Notes under the pieces: model-generated | What the model saw: the letters and a program-made list of their open reading frames with translations, nothing else | What the model was told of the DNA's origin: nothing | Database searches by the model: none | Shown here: positions 1-11,400 of the stretch, piece by piece | How positions within the stretch are numbered: the stretch's first letter is position 1 | How the letters are laid out: the number at the start of each line of letters is the position of its first letter | Translations under genes and position numbers: made by a program | DNA from: Marsupella aquatica | Taxonomy: Eukaryota; Plantae; Marchantiophyta | Length of the DNA stretch: 64,000 bases | Direction of reading: 5' to 3' | Assembly (NCBI GenBank): GCA_973895155.1 | Contig: OZ316896.1 | Location: 23,269,722-23,333,721 of the forward strand

Positions 1-925
1 GGAGCTCGAGAAAATCCGCGGAGCCCTTGAGCAGAAGGAGGTCGAGTTAGGGAAATCCTATCAAGGGATTATGGCGCTGCAGCAGGAGCTTGCGTCCCTG
101 ACGGCCAGCTTCAAGGCCGACCTAAGGGAGAAGGACGAGATGCTCGAACAGACTTACGCCAAGATGAACCAGATGGAGTCTGTCATCATTGCAGAGCTCG
201 ACAAGGAGCTAAGAGCAACCCAGGAGGAGAAGGCTACCTTGAAGAAGGAATTGGAGGAAGCCCACAGGGAGCAGGAGGAGGCCAAAAACGAGCTGGAGGG
301 GGCACGTAAGGACCTGGATGAAACCCAAGAGGAGTTGGAGGAAATCACGAGGAAGATGGAGAACCTACAGCGGCGGGCCGACAACCAAACAGAGCGGCTG
401 AAGAAACAAGCCGCAGTATTTAAATGCTTAGCTGCAGCAGGTCCATCTCCTGTTGGGACAAACCAGTTACCAGGGGTGGTAATTGCCGAAGGACAAGCCG
501 CGCCACCTGCACCAGTGCCGGAGGTAAGTGGGAAGGGGAAGGGACCAGCTGCCGAGCCACCAACGAAGAAGAAGCGGAAACCTTTAGGGTCAAGGAGTAA
601 TACGACTTCACAGGCCGTGGTGATCAAGGAGGTAGACCCAACACCGACCCCAGACAGGGTCACGGCTAGGGATCCAACTACCCTAGGGGAAGGGGAAGCC
701 GAAGCCGTGAGAGTGGCTGAAGCCGAAGCCGTGAGAGTGGCTGAGGCCAAAGCCGTGGGTATTGCCGAGGCCGGTGTCGAGGCTGAAGCCGAAGGTGGAC
801 CCAGTCAGGTCGAGGGAGAGTTGACTCGGTCAAGGGCAGGTAATCTGTCAGTAGGCGGGCCAACGGCAGTGGCTGAGGAGGAAGTGTTGGGGGCGTCCAT
901 TGAGGATCCACCACCGGTGTCGTGA
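1..925 (+). CDS. C-terminal part of LTR-encoded coiled-coil protein (5' LTR, copy 1; partial)
   Basis: Translation matches the C-terminus of the 8434-11799 product with a few substitutions. Confidence 0.8.
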   Translation, partial: ELEKIRGALEQKEVELGKSYQGIMALQQELASLTASFKADLREKDEMLEQTYAKMNQMESVIIAELDKELRATQEEKATLKKELEEAHREQEEAKNELEGARKDLDETQEELEEITRKMENLQRRADNQTERLKKQAAVFKCLAAAGPSPVGTNQLPGVVIAEGQAAPPAPVPEVSGKGKGPAAEPPTKKKRKPLGSRSNTTSQAVVIKEVDPTPTPDRVTARDPTTLGEGEAEAVRVAEAEAVRVAEAKAVGIAEAGVEAEAEGGPSQVEGELTRSRAGNLSVGGPTAVAEEEVLGASIEDPPPVS

Positions 926-1836
926 CGGTGCAAGGGCGCCGTTCCTTTTAGGGAGGGCGGACGTGGAGGGAGGAGGCGTGAGTGGGCAGGGCGGGCACGG
1001 ATCTCCACGTTTAGGATTAGGATCAGAACCAGGAGCGGCCCTGACACTTAGCTTAGTGGGATTGCGGTCCCACTGGTAGGAGCAACACTTGTGCTCCTGC
1101 CTTGCTGTACATAGGTAGATTCGGGCAAGTAGATTACTGTTAAGTAGATTAGGCTTACGATGCAAAGAATGGCGGATCCACTACCAGGATAAGTACCTGG
1201 GCAGCGGGGAGCTCAGGGCCTCTTCTTTAGCAAGTTTTTAGTTTGCACCAGCCGGGCTGGGATCAAGTAGTACGAGAAGCTCTCGGTTAGTCATACAGTG
1301 ACCCTTGTGTATATTCATGTTTCCTCATGCCTAAGAGCTGAATAGAGTTGGCCTCACGGCTTAGTTCGCAGAACTTGTGTATGAGATGTACTGTTTGTAT
1401 GGCAAGTGCATGGTATGACTCAGTCAGAATGAGTCATTTTGCTATTTGTGTGTCGCATTAACTTGTGTGAAGAGTGCCCACATCAACAGAAGGAAGGAAA
1501 GTAAGCAGGGGAGTGAGAGTTGGATGTGTCGAGCTGAGAGAGGTCTTAGCGGCTTAACCAAGCCTATTGGGGATCATTCCGGCGGCGGAATCCAAACATA
1601 CCTAACAAGACGGAGGGGAAGACAGGGGAAGGCCTATATTAGGCCGGCTACGTATCTCATGACCCGATGAAGGATCTGTCCAGTATATGTGTGTAAAATG
1701 TTAATAGTAGTAGTAGAAGGTTAGCAGCGTCCCATGCCGCTAAGCCGCGGAAACGGCCTCGCCAAGCGTGAAACCCGCGGGAATCGGCTTGAGCTGGGGG
1801 GTTTCTTGGGTTTAGGGAGCCATGGGACGCACCACA
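1..1836 (+). repeat. 5' LTR of Gypsy copy 1 (3' portion only)
   Basis: Matches 10875-12720 almost exactly; ends in CA immediately before the PBS. Confidence 0.95.
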
Positions 1837-1840
1837 TTTT

Positions 1841-1858
1841 TGGCGCTAGATGGAGGGG
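1841..1858 (+). other. Primer-binding site, tRNA-Asn-like
   Basis: TGGCGCTAGATGGAGGGG 4 nt after the LTR; from recall, one mismatch to the complement of the plant tRNA-Asn(GUU) 3' end. Confidence 0.75.
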
Positions 1859-1905
1859 GCATTTCTTAAGCCGTGAGATATGAAGTTAGAACGGAAGCGT
1901 AGGTA

Positions 1906-4899
1906 ATGACTGACCTTACGCCGAGGGAAGAAAGAGTGATTCAACGGGAGAGAGCTCGACTGCAGCAGCTCGTCGGGTGGCATGATACACAGCGACTGAG
2001 AGGGGCAGAAAGAGCTGGTAGCTCCGAAACTGGAAGTGGCGTCGAAGAAGACATACCAGAAGAAGAGTCGGTAAGGAGAAGTGAGTCTCCAACCGACATG
2101 GGGGAACCAGAGGCACGGCCAGACGAGAGGCCAGGGACCAGATTGAGCCAGCGGTCGCGCATACATTACAAGGCATTTCATGGGAGAGGAGATGAGGATC
2201 CGGACGAATGGTTGGATGATTTCGAGGGAACCGCTGCAGCAAATGGAGAATCGGCCATCAAGATGCAGATTCTTCCCGGCCTGTTCAAGGGTGAGGCTAG
2301 GCCTTGGTACAGAGCATTAGATGTGGAAGATCAAGCCAACTGGGATATCTTCAAAACACTCTTTGTTAAGGAGTTTCGACCCATTGGAACTTCAGAACTA
2401 GCAGTGCTGAAGTTGGGACAACTTCGGTTCAAGGAGAACAAATCCTTCAGGAAGTTCTTGCAACGCTTTCAGAAACTGGTAAGACGTACAAAGACCAATG
2501 CATCTGAAGGTATGCAACTTCAATGGTTGGTGAATGCTTTGCCACAGAAGATGAGTTTTGCAATTAGGAAGGAGAACCCGGAGACTTTAGCCGAAGCAAT
2601 TAAGGATATTCAATTATACATTAATGCAGATATCACAAGCCGGAAGAAACAGCTTAAGTCTGAGAATTCCTCATCAGAGGAGGGATCACCCCATAAGAAA
2701 AAAGATAAGAAGAAAAAACATTCCAAGAAGTCTAGAAGTGATAAGTCAAGCTCGAATAGTGGGAGTAGCAAGAGTGAGTCATCTTCTAGTTCTGAAGAAG
2801 AAAAAACTAGGAAAAGGAAGGGCAGAAGGAGAGGGAAGACGAAAGTCAAGATGGAGGCTAAGCCACCAGATAACATCGTAGCCCTTACCGAGCAACTTAA
2901 AGCTATCATTGCAGAGGTAAAACCAAAGAAGAAGGTAGTACAGGAGGATAGCTCTGTATGGTGTGCCTTATGTTATAAAACCGGACACCATAAAGATGCG
3001 TGTCCTAAGCTTAATACTAATCAGGTTCGGCATGTGGCCGAGATCAGACCATGTCAGGGAGAAGTAGAGTACTTTTTGGGAGATGCCGCTGATAGTGTTT
3101 TCGGCATCAGTGAGACTGGAGCACGAGACCTATCCAACAGACCTGCATCTCTGTGGTCAGGGTTAAGGAACAATCCAGGAGAGATGTATCCTCGGATTAT
3201 TCAGAACCCGTCAGTACCTCCTAGGCCGAATGTGCAAAGATTTGCGGCGTGCTATAATTGTGGTCAACCTGGCCATTTTGCTAGAGAATGCCCGAATGCA
3301 CGCAAACAGGGTGATGGACAACCAGCTCAGCTATGTATGGGATGCCGACAGGAAGGTCATATGCTAGGGCAATGTCCTACTTGGTTGGCAGGCCTGGCCG
3401 CAAATCATAAGCTTTTGCCGATCAAGATCTTACCGCCAGGTACTACCCCCGGAGGAGTTCAAATCAACCACATCGAACTAGGATGGCAAGAGGATGCCGA
3501 GGCAGAGTTCGTACCATCTGATGATGAGGCCGAAGCCCTATCAACCTTCTCAGAGGAGGATTTAGATCATGATTGCTACCGGGTCTCTACTCGATCTACC
3601 AGAAGGAAGGAAAGGTGGGATGGGCTGGCCAAAAATAAAGGGAAGGTTACGAAGGAAAGGATCGACTCTTCGTCAACATCAACAGAAGGAGAAGGGAGGG
3701 CTCCGGCAATACAGGTAAGCCATGAGCCCACCAGTGAAACCAATCCTTCACAAGATAGCGACTTCAATCGAGATCATCCTAAGTTGTTCTACCCCTCTGT
3801 TACGGCTAGTGTTAAGGAACAACTAAGAGAATTAGAAACCCTGGAGAATACCGAAACCATTGCCAAGGATGTAAAACGAGCAAAAGCATTGTTTGCTTCG
3901 GAAGACCCAACAGCTGTGGAGACTAGCGTGGCAAAACTGGCCGAATCCAAGACGGAAACACCACCAGAAGAGAAGCCGATTGTTCCCTATGACCTGGCTA
4001 AAGATGTACTAGAATCTAGAGTCTCGGCAACAGTAGGTCAACTATTGAAAAATAGCCCGTACTTCCGGAAGCAATTAAGGAAGGCTATTCTCGGCAAGCC
4101 GAGATTACCCAAGGTAGCAACCAGATCCGACGTACTAATGATAGAAGAAGATCAAGGAGCCCCAGCATTACCATTAATGATTCAAGGAGAATTATTACTA
4201 CGGGTACCCATCGATGGAGGATCAGGGGTATGTATTATGATTGATTCAACAGCAAAAGGGTGGGGTCTAACACCGGAGATGACTGGAAGAGTGTTGAACA
4301 TGGCCAATGGATATCAGGTCATTCCGATGGGAGTGTTAACCGGCATCAAGACAGAGATAGGAGGTATCTTCTTTAGCATTAACTATGTAGTAATGAAGCC
4401 GGTAAATCCTACGTCATTCCGGCTATTGATTGGTAGGCCATGGCTGTACCTAGCCGAGGTAATAGAAGATTGGGGTAAAAAGCAGTTCACTTTCGGGACC
4501 CCCTCTATCACGGTATCCTGGGACACTAAGGATGACCGTAGGAAAAGCATAAGGGAAGTAGATGGGTACGATAGTGGACTGGAGTCAGCCGATGAAGTAC
4601 GTTGGTTAGAATGCTTCACTAACCTAACCGAAGAAGGTGTCTTTGGACCAGAGGTACCCCCCAGCGGATTATGGCAAGAACCAATGGAGGGTGACTTGGA
4701 AGAAGAAGATGAAGAGGTCGAGGACTGCTTTACAATAGAATCCACCTTTTTAGCTGCAATTCCGGAGGAAGTTAAGGATGTAGACCAATTGGATGAAACG
4801 GCTAAGTGGGGAGCAGTAGCAGGGATAGTGGATTTTCTGCAGGCGTTGTGGCAGAGCCGACGGGGTCCACAACGCCATCGATCATCGGCAAGGAATTAA
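1906..4899 (+). CDS. gag: Gag-protease polyprotein
   Basis: Retrotransposon gag core (FHGRGDEDPDEWL...GEARPWY...W..FK..F), three CX2CX4HX4C knuckles (CALC, CYNC, CMGC), protease IDGGSG...LLIGRPWL. Confidence 0.93.
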   Translation: MTDLTPREERVIQRERARLQQLVGWHDTQRLRGAERAGSSETGSGVEEDIPEEESVRRSESPTDMGEPEARPDERPGTRLSQRSRIHYKAFHGRGDEDPDEWLDDFEGTAAANGESAIKMQILPGLFKGEARPWYRALDVEDQANWDIFKTLFVKEFRPIGTSELAVLKLGQLRFKENKSFRKFLQRFQKLVRRTKTNASEGMQLQWLVNALPQKMSFAIRKENPETLAEAIKDIQLYINADITSRKKQLKSENSSSEEGSPHKKKDKKKKHSKKSRSDKSSSNSGSSKSESSSSSEEEKTRKRKGRRRGKTKVKMEAKPPDNIVALTEQLKAIIAEVKPKKKVVQEDSSVWCALCYKTGHHKDACPKLNTNQVRHVAEIRPCQGEVEYFLGDAADSVFGISETGARDLSNRPASLWSGLRNNPGEMYPRIIQNPSVPPRPNVQRFAACYNCGQPGHFARECPNARKQGDGQPAQLCMGCRQEGHMLGQCPTWLAGLAANHKLLPIKILPPGTTPGGVQINHIELGWQEDAEAEFVPSDDEAEALSTFSEEDLDHDCYRVSTRSTRRKERWDGLAKNKGKVTKERIDSSSTSTEGEGRAPAIQVSHEPTSETNPSQDSDFNRDHPKLFYPSVTASVKEQLRELETLENTETIAKDVKRAKALFASEDPTAVETSVAKLAESKTETPPEEKPIVPYDLAKDVLESRVSATVGQLLKNSPYFRKQLRKAILGKPRLPKVATRSDVLMIEEDQGAPALPLMIQGELLLRVPIDGGSGVCIMIDSTAKGWGLTPEMTGRVLNMANGYQVIPMGVLTGIKTEIGGIFFSINYVVMKPVNPTSFRLLIGRPWLYLAEVIEDWGKKQFTFGTPSITVSWDTKDDRRKSIREVDGYDSGLESADEVRWLECFTNLTEEGVFGPEVPPSGLWQEPMEGDLEEEDEEVEDCFTIESTFLAAIPEEVKDVDQLDETAKWGAVAGIVDFLQALWQSRRGPQRHRSSARN
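4803..4814 (+). other. Internal copy of the polypurine tract (candidate central PPT)
   Basis: TAAGTGGGGAGC is identical to the 3' PPT at 8047-8058. Confidence 0.55.
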
Positions 4900-7800
4900 A
4901 TACCAAGGGATCGGCATACAAGCCGATTACGAGGGCAGAACGAATTGAGGCCCTATTAGAAGCCGAGAGAGCACAGCGGCCTAACTCTCAGGAGCAAGAG
5001 GTGGATGAGATGGACAGACACGATCCAGAGCCAAGGCAGGAAGGGGAGCCGACCACTAATTCAAAACCGAATAGACTGGTAAGGGGACAATCTATGGACA
5101 CCAAGGAAGGGACCGACTCGGCTAGTCCAGCCGAGATCCCAGTTTATGGAGGTATGAGATTAGAGAGACTGGAAGCCGAACTGGACCCGAATTTGAAGAA
5201 GCAGATTAATATGATCCAAGCACGGCAATATCGGAAGCTCGACTTAGGAGAGGGAAGAGAACTGAACTTAGGGAGAAACCTAGCACCTGAGCTCGAGAAA
5301 GAGATCAGTGACTTATTGATTGAATTTCAGGATGTGTTTGCATGGAGTCACCAAGATCTAAAGGGCGTAGATCCAACACTAGGGGAACATCGAATTGATC
5401 TCATGTTAGGAGCCAAATCATTTCGACAACCAATTCGAAGGATGAACCCGAAGTATTCCCTGCTGGTCAAAACAGAAATCGACAAACTAGTGGAAGCTGG
5501 ATTCATCACTCCAGTCCTGCATTCAGACTGGGTGTCTCCAATTGTGATAGTTCCCAAGAAAGCGGGACCCGATGGTAAAACCAAGATCCGGGTTTGTCAG
5601 GATTACAGGAAGCTGAATGAAGCAACATTAAAAGACCATTTTCCTTTACCGTTTACTGATATGGTACTAGACATGGTAGCCAGTCATGAACTATATTCAT
5701 TCATGGATGGATACTCTGGTTATAACCAAATCAGGATTCGGCAGGAAGACCAAATCAAGACGGCCTTCATCACGGAATGGGGGATCTATGTCTTCAATCG
5801 TATGCCGTTTGGACTCTGCAACGCACCAGCTATGTTCCAACGATTAATGGTGAACATTTTTCATGATTACTTGAGAAAGTTCATGGAAATCTTCATTGAT
5901 GACTTTGCAGTATTCGGGAAGGCATCGAAACATGCTAAATACCTCAGGAAAACCTTCATGAGATGTAGGGAGGTGGGTCTCAAGTTACACCCAGATAAAT
6001 GTTTTTTTGCAGTAACCGAGGGGGTGCTACTAGGTCACAAGGTATCAAGGAAGGGCATTGAGATTGACAAAGGTAAGCTAGCAGTATGGCTAGATATCAT
6101 GCAACCTAAGAACATAAAGGATGTAAGATCCTTCTTGGGATGCATTGGTTACTATCGCCGGTTCATCAAGGATTTTGCCAAGCTAGCTTTACCATTAACC
6201 AATATGCTCAAGGCAGGAGCAGACTTCGAACCCACACCCGAACGAGTCACAGCGGTGGTAGAATTGAAGCAGATGTTAGTAGAGGCCCCAGTCATGATAG
6301 CACCGGACTGGAACAAAGATTTTCATGTTTTTGTAGATGTCTCGGGCTTCTGTATTGGCTCAGTACTAAGTCAGTTGGATGAGAAAGGAAGGGACCATCC
6401 CATATACTTCGCAAGCCGTCAGCTTGCCGATGCCGAACGGAACTACTCTACCACGGAAAGAGAAGCATTAGGAGTCATTTATTCTTGTAAAAAGTTTAGG
6501 CATTATTTACTAGGGTACAAGGTAATCTTTCATACTGATCATGAAAGTTTGAAGTACCTAGTCAATAAGCCGGACCTTACAGGCAGAGTAGCAAGATGGA
6601 TTTTGCTATTACAGGAGTTTGACTATGAGCTGAGGATCAAGCCAGGAAAGTTACATGCCAATGCCGACTTCTTTTCAAGGATCACAGGTAAACCTGCCAC
6701 GGATTGCATCGATGATCGATTCCCCGACGAGGAGCTATTCGTTGTGGAAATAGCTGGTACATGGTACCCTGAGATTTTACAATTTCTCAGCACTTCCAGA
6801 TTACAGCCAGGATTAAGCCGAGAGCAAGCCGCAGTCTTTGTGCGGAAGGTCAGACAGTATCAGTGCATTAAAGGCATACTGCACAAGCATGGAATCAACG
6901 GCACGATTCAAAGGTGTTTGGAGAAGAGAGAGGTAAAACAAGTCCTACGGGCCATGCATGGAGAGGAGGCCGGAGGACATTTTGCCCCAGTAACCACGTC
7001 TAAAAAGATATTAAATGCCGGTTACTGGTGGCCCACCTTGCACAAAGATGTCTATCAGTTTATCAAACAATGCGATCCTTGTCAACGAGCGGGAGGACCA
7101 AGGGCGTCCACCAGGCATCCACTGCACCCTATTCTACCTCTGGCACCATTCGAGAAGTGGGGTATTGATTACATTGGACCTCTGAAACCACTGACCCACC
7201 CTCGACGGAACAAGTACATAATCCTGGCTACGGATTATGCAACTAAATGGGTAGAGGCCAGACCAACAACGAAGGATGATGCAATTACTACGGCTAGATT
7301 CATGTATGAGCAGATCTTCACCAGGTATGGAGCACCCCTAGAATTAGTTAGTGATAGAGGAACCCATTTTTTGAATGATATAATTAGTCGTTTAAATGAG
7401 CAGTATTTAGTTAAACATAGGCCTACTACTCCCTACCATCCAAAGGCAAACGGGTTGACAGAACGAGTAAACGGAATCATAGGAAAGATATTGAACAAGA
7501 CGGTAGCTCAGAACAAACTCGATTGGGATGATAAATTGTTTGCTGCTGTTTTTGCTTACAATCTGGCCTATAAATCCACTACCGGTCATACACCCTTCTT
7601 CTTAACCTTTGGACAAGAAGCCCTGGTACCCACGCAACTTGAGATACCGACATTTCAAGTTACAATTGAGGAAAGAGCCTCAGCGGAGGAGAGCCTAAAG
7701 GAGCGAGAATATAGGTTAGAAGCTTTAGAGGAAGCGAGAATGATTTCAGCCGAGAGAGTAGAATATAGACAGAATATCATGAAGCAGCAGTATGATAAAA

Positions 7801-8072
7801 GGTTAAAAGTAGTTAGTATTCATACCGGTGATCTTGTGCTACTTTATGACAGTAGGTATAGTAGGTTTCCAGGAAAGCTTTACACTCGCTGGTTAGGACC
7901 CTTTAGAGTAACCATGATATTCCCCAATGGCTCCGTGCAATTGGCCAACATTACGGGAGAGGTATATCCAGTTCGCATCCATCATGACCGCCTCAAGAAA
8001 TACTATATGGACGAAGATGAAGTTGTTCGCGAGGACGCTTCACAATTAAGTGGGGAGCTATGTGATGCCTAG
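4806..8072 (+). CDS. pol: Pol (RT, RNase H, integrase); -1 frame relative to gag-PR; true start unknown
   Basis: RT DGYSGYNQI, MPFGLCNAP, FIDDF; RNase H NYSTTERE...TDH; integrase HHCC, WGIDYIGP, SDRGTHF, GLTER; GPF motif; no chromodomain or extra RNase H seen. Stop lies inside the 3' LTR. Confidence 0.95.
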   Translation: MGSSSRDSGFSAGVVAEPTGSTTPSIIGKELNTKGSAYKPITRAERIEALLEAERAQRPNSQEQEVDEMDRHDPEPRQEGEPTTNSKPNRLVRGQSMDTKEGTDSASPAEIPVYGGMRLERLEAELDPNLKKQINMIQARQYRKLDLGEGRELNLGRNLAPELEKEISDLLIEFQDVFAWSHQDLKGVDPTLGEHRIDLMLGAKSFRQPIRRMNPKYSLLVKTEIDKLVEAGFITPVLHSDWVSPIVIVPKKAGPDGKTKIRVCQDYRKLNEATLKDHFPLPFTDMVLDMVASHELYSFMDGYSGYNQIRIRQEDQIKTAFITEWGIYVFNRMPFGLCNAPAMFQRLMVNIFHDYLRKFMEIFIDDFAVFGKASKHAKYLRKTFMRCREVGLKLHPDKCFFAVTEGVLLGHKVSRKGIEIDKGKLAVWLDIMQPKNIKDVRSFLGCIGYYRRFIKDFAKLALPLTNMLKAGADFEPTPERVTAVVELKQMLVEAPVMIAPDWNKDFHVFVDVSGFCIGSVLSQLDEKGRDHPIYFASRQLADAERNYSTTEREALGVIYSCKKFRHYLLGYKVIFHTDHESLKYLVNKPDLTGRVARWILLLQEFDYELRIKPGKLHANADFFSRITGKPATDCIDDRFPDEELFVVEIAGTWYPEILQFLSTSRLQPGLSREQAAVFVRKVRQYQCIKGILHKHGINGTIQRCLEKREVKQVLRAMHGEEAGGHFAPVTTSKKILNAGYWWPTLHKDVYQFIKQCDPCQRAGGPRASTRHPLHPILPLAPFEKWGIDYIGPLKPLTHPRRNKYIILATDYATKWVEARPTTKDDAITTARFMYEQIFTRYGAPLELVSDRGTHFLNDIISRLNEQYLVKHRPTTPYHPKANGLTERVNGIIGKILNKTVAQNKLDWDDKLFAAVFAYNLAYKSTTGHTPFFLTFGQEALVPTQLEIPTFQVTIEERASAEESLKEREYRLEALEEARMISAERVEYRQNIMKQQYDKRLKVVSIHTGDLVLLYDSRYSRFPGKLYTRWLGPFRVTMIFPNGSVQLANITGEVYPVRIHHDRLKKYYMDEDEVVREDASQLSGELCDA
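8047..8060 (+). other. Polypurine tract, inside the integrase coding end
   Basis: TAAGTGGGGAGCTA directly before the TG that starts the LTR. Confidence 0.85.
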
Positions 8073-8433
8073 ACAGGAATCACTCAGCCGGTTAAGTGGG
8101 TAAAGCAGGAAGGCACCCTAGGAACACCTTAGTATAGTGACAAAACAAGGAAAATATAAACAATTAGGGGCAACCATGGAACCCGGGCAGAGGCCGGAGG
8201 TAAGGCTGAGGGTGAAAACCCGATTAGGGTTAGGGCGCGTTAAGCGTCGGCGGCTAGGAAGGATCAACGGGAAGAAGGACCGGCAAAGGAGAGGGGTAAG
8301 GAGCGCTTGCAGGAAATAGTGGCTCATTTGCGAGCACGAACTAGGCAGACGACTACGGGAGGCCAACTACTGTCAGCTGCTTAGGCAAGCACTCGGGGAG
8401 AGAGTAGATACCGACGATCAACCTAAGGAGGGT

Positions 8434-11400
8434 ATGAGCAACGTCAATCAAGCGGCACATTTCTGGGGATGCCTGTTCGAACGGGCAACTGAGTACATCA
8501 AGACTTACGAGGACGAGGAGTCAGAAAGGGCAGCTCGAGAACGGCAGGAGCTCGCTCGATTGTGGGAGCTGCAGAAGACGGCTTTCTTAGGAGGCGAACT
8601 CATCAAGGACGAGTTCCTGTGGACGCCTACTTCCAATCAACTCGACGATCTTCTGTTTTGCAAAGACAGCGTCGTCGGCATCCGAGAGGCCATCAAGAAC
8701 TGCAACGACATACACTGGGAATTAAAGGGTAGCACGGAAAGGTGGACCCAGGCAACGGTGCTAGGAGAAACCTCCACGGCAGCAGAGATGAAGAGGAAGG
8801 GAGCCGTCAACGATGAAGCCACCCCGGCAAAAAGAACGAGGTCGGCGGCACCAAAGAAGCCAGCCGAGCAGCAGAGCAGGAGGCAGGGAGAAGCCGAAGA
8901 GGAGGAGGTCGATCCCATCAAGGCCATTCCAACCAGGGATGACACCTGGAAGGGCTGGGCGGCAACCCTACCGGTGGAGGTGCAACTACATTTTGCACGG
9001 GAGGAGGATGCATGCTTTACGGCCATGCAGACCAAGAAGTACCAAGGCTTCATGGCCGGATCCGGCTTGGAGGCCTTTGTAAGATTACCATGGCTGAAGC
9101 CGGAGGTACCGGAGTCGGACCTATTAGAATTCGTGGGGTCATGGGAACCCGAGACCAATTGCACGAGGATATATGGGAAGGATTTCTATCTTACTCCCAA
9201 GGTGATTGCCGAAGTGTTTGGCTTGCCGATGGGCAATAAGACCAAAGTTGATACCAGGAAGACCTTGCCTGACAAGGAGTTCCGGTCGTTCCCCGGGCCA
9301 TCAACGAAGAATGGCTTCTTCCGGAACACCTGCACCAACCCGCACATAGGAGAGATGATCGACTTCTTGCGGGTGACCATGCATTGTAACTTGCCGAGGG
9401 CAGAGATCGGCAAGGCACAGGTCTATCTGGCAGAAAGGCCAGACCCAAGCCGAGACTACAACGGGTACCTCCTCAACCAATTGAAGAAGATCTTAAAGGA
9501 GGAGCAGCAGGTAATCGGCATGGGGAGCGTGTCGCGGCTTGGCTATCACATGCCGCTGTTGTGCCGGTATGCCAGAGGTCAGACTTTTGCCCCGGTACTT
9601 CCCCTGCAGGTAAGGGCACCCGAGGAAGCTCCAACGCCGAGGCCGTTGGCTGAGAAGCCTCAACCACCTGTTAGTCCTACGATCGAGCAGGTGTTTAGGC
9701 CCAGGAAGGAAGACTTGCCGATGCAGCAACCAGGCATGCAGAGTCTGCTGAAACTACTGGAGAAAGAAAAGAAATCGGCATCGGCAACAACAACGGCAAC
9801 GGCAACAATGCAGGACACTACTACAGAGGTAGGCCTACACCGGCTCACAAGAGAAAACCCCTTTGCTGGAGACAAGGAGAGAATCAGGCCGGAATCCAAG
9901 CCAGGTGTTCGAATGTACGTGGGAACCTCAAGCTCCGAATCTGAGGCAGAATTGCCTGAAGCTCCTACCGAGGAAGAGGAGAGGGAGAAGCCGGAAATCC
10001 AAGAGGTAGAGGAGGCAGTGGAGGACTGCAGCCATGATAATTCCGGCTATGGGTCGGACCATCACGTTCCAGGAGTAAGGACCTGTGGCCGGTTTGTCCC
10101 CACACTTCCAAGGGTAGTGCGAGGGGACCCCAACCAGCAGAGTAGCCCTGAGTCTCCCCCACCAGATGTTGCTCCCCCGAGCTTCGACGGCATAAAACAG
10201 ACGGTGCAGGAATTTCAGGAGCGAATCAAGCAGGAGGAAGAGGCCACCCTGGCTAAGGAAAAGGATTTACCAGGAGGAGATTGGCCGGAGGACATCAGGC
10301 GGCTAGCCGAAAAAGGAAGCAAGCCTCTAGCCACGATTGAAGAGATCCGCAGGACGGCTTGGGAGCAGAGGCCACGATGGGCGATGCCGATCACTTCTAC
10401 TTACTCCACCTACGCTAAGAATAGAGCCATGGAGTATGGTGAGATGTGTGGGGAACTTGCGCTCGGCATCTTTGGAGAGGAGTTGGAGGTAGGACCCTTT
10501 TTCCATAGGGAACAGTTGGAGAAGCACCAATTAGAAGAAGCGGTGGCTTTAGAGAGAAGCAAGAAGGACGAGGTCATTCGGCGGCTTAGGAGGATGGGAG
10601 CCGAGATTGAAGATCTAAGGGCGGCCAAGAAAGCCCAAGATAAACTGCGGATTAAACGACATGAGCTGAACATCATGCAGGGGCAGTTGGACGCCGCGCA
10701 GGCTGATACTCAGAATATCAAGGATAAACTGACTCAGACACAGGAAGAGTTGGCCGACACGATCAAAGAAAGGGAAAAGTGGAAGCAAGAGCTGAAGAAT
10801 ACAGAGGAGGCCCACATAACAGCCAACAGCCGGGCCATGGCGGAGACCCAAAGAAAGGAATGGGCGTTGAAAGGGGAGCTCGAGAAAATCCGTGGAGCCC
10901 TTGAGCAGAAGGAGGTCGAGTTAGGGAAATCCTATCAAGGGATTATGGCGCTGCAGCAGGAGCTTGCGTCCCTGACGGCCAGCTTCAAGGCCGACCTAAG
11001 GGAGAAGGACGAGATGCTCGAACAGACTTACGCCAAGATGAACCAGATGGAGTCTGTCATCATTGCAGAGCTCGACAAGGAGCTAAGAGCAACCCAGGAG
11101 GAGAAGGCTACCTTGAAGAAGGAATTGGAGGAAGCCCACAGGGAGCAGGAGGAGGCCAAAAACGAGCTGGAGGGGGCACGTAAGGACCTGGATGAAACCC
11201 AAGAGGAGTTGGAGGAAATCACGAGGAAGATGGAGAACCTACAGCGGCGGGCCGACAACCAAACAGAGCGGCTGAAGAAACAAGCCGCAGTATTTAAATG
11301 CTTAGCTGCAGCGGGTCCATCTCCTGTTGGGACAAACCAGTTACCAGGGGTGGTAATTGCCGAAGGACAAGCCGCGCCACCTGCACCAGTGCCGGAGGTA

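Noticed and set aside
745-755. Same G>A variant shared by non-sister LTRs (copy 1 5' LTR and copy 2 3' LTR)
   Set aside because: It is at a CpG, so recurrent deamination explains it without gene conversion.
8224-8235. TTAGGGTTAGGG telomere-like motif near the LTR start
   Set aside because: Only two units, within the LGLG codons of the ORF frame; not enough evidence of function.
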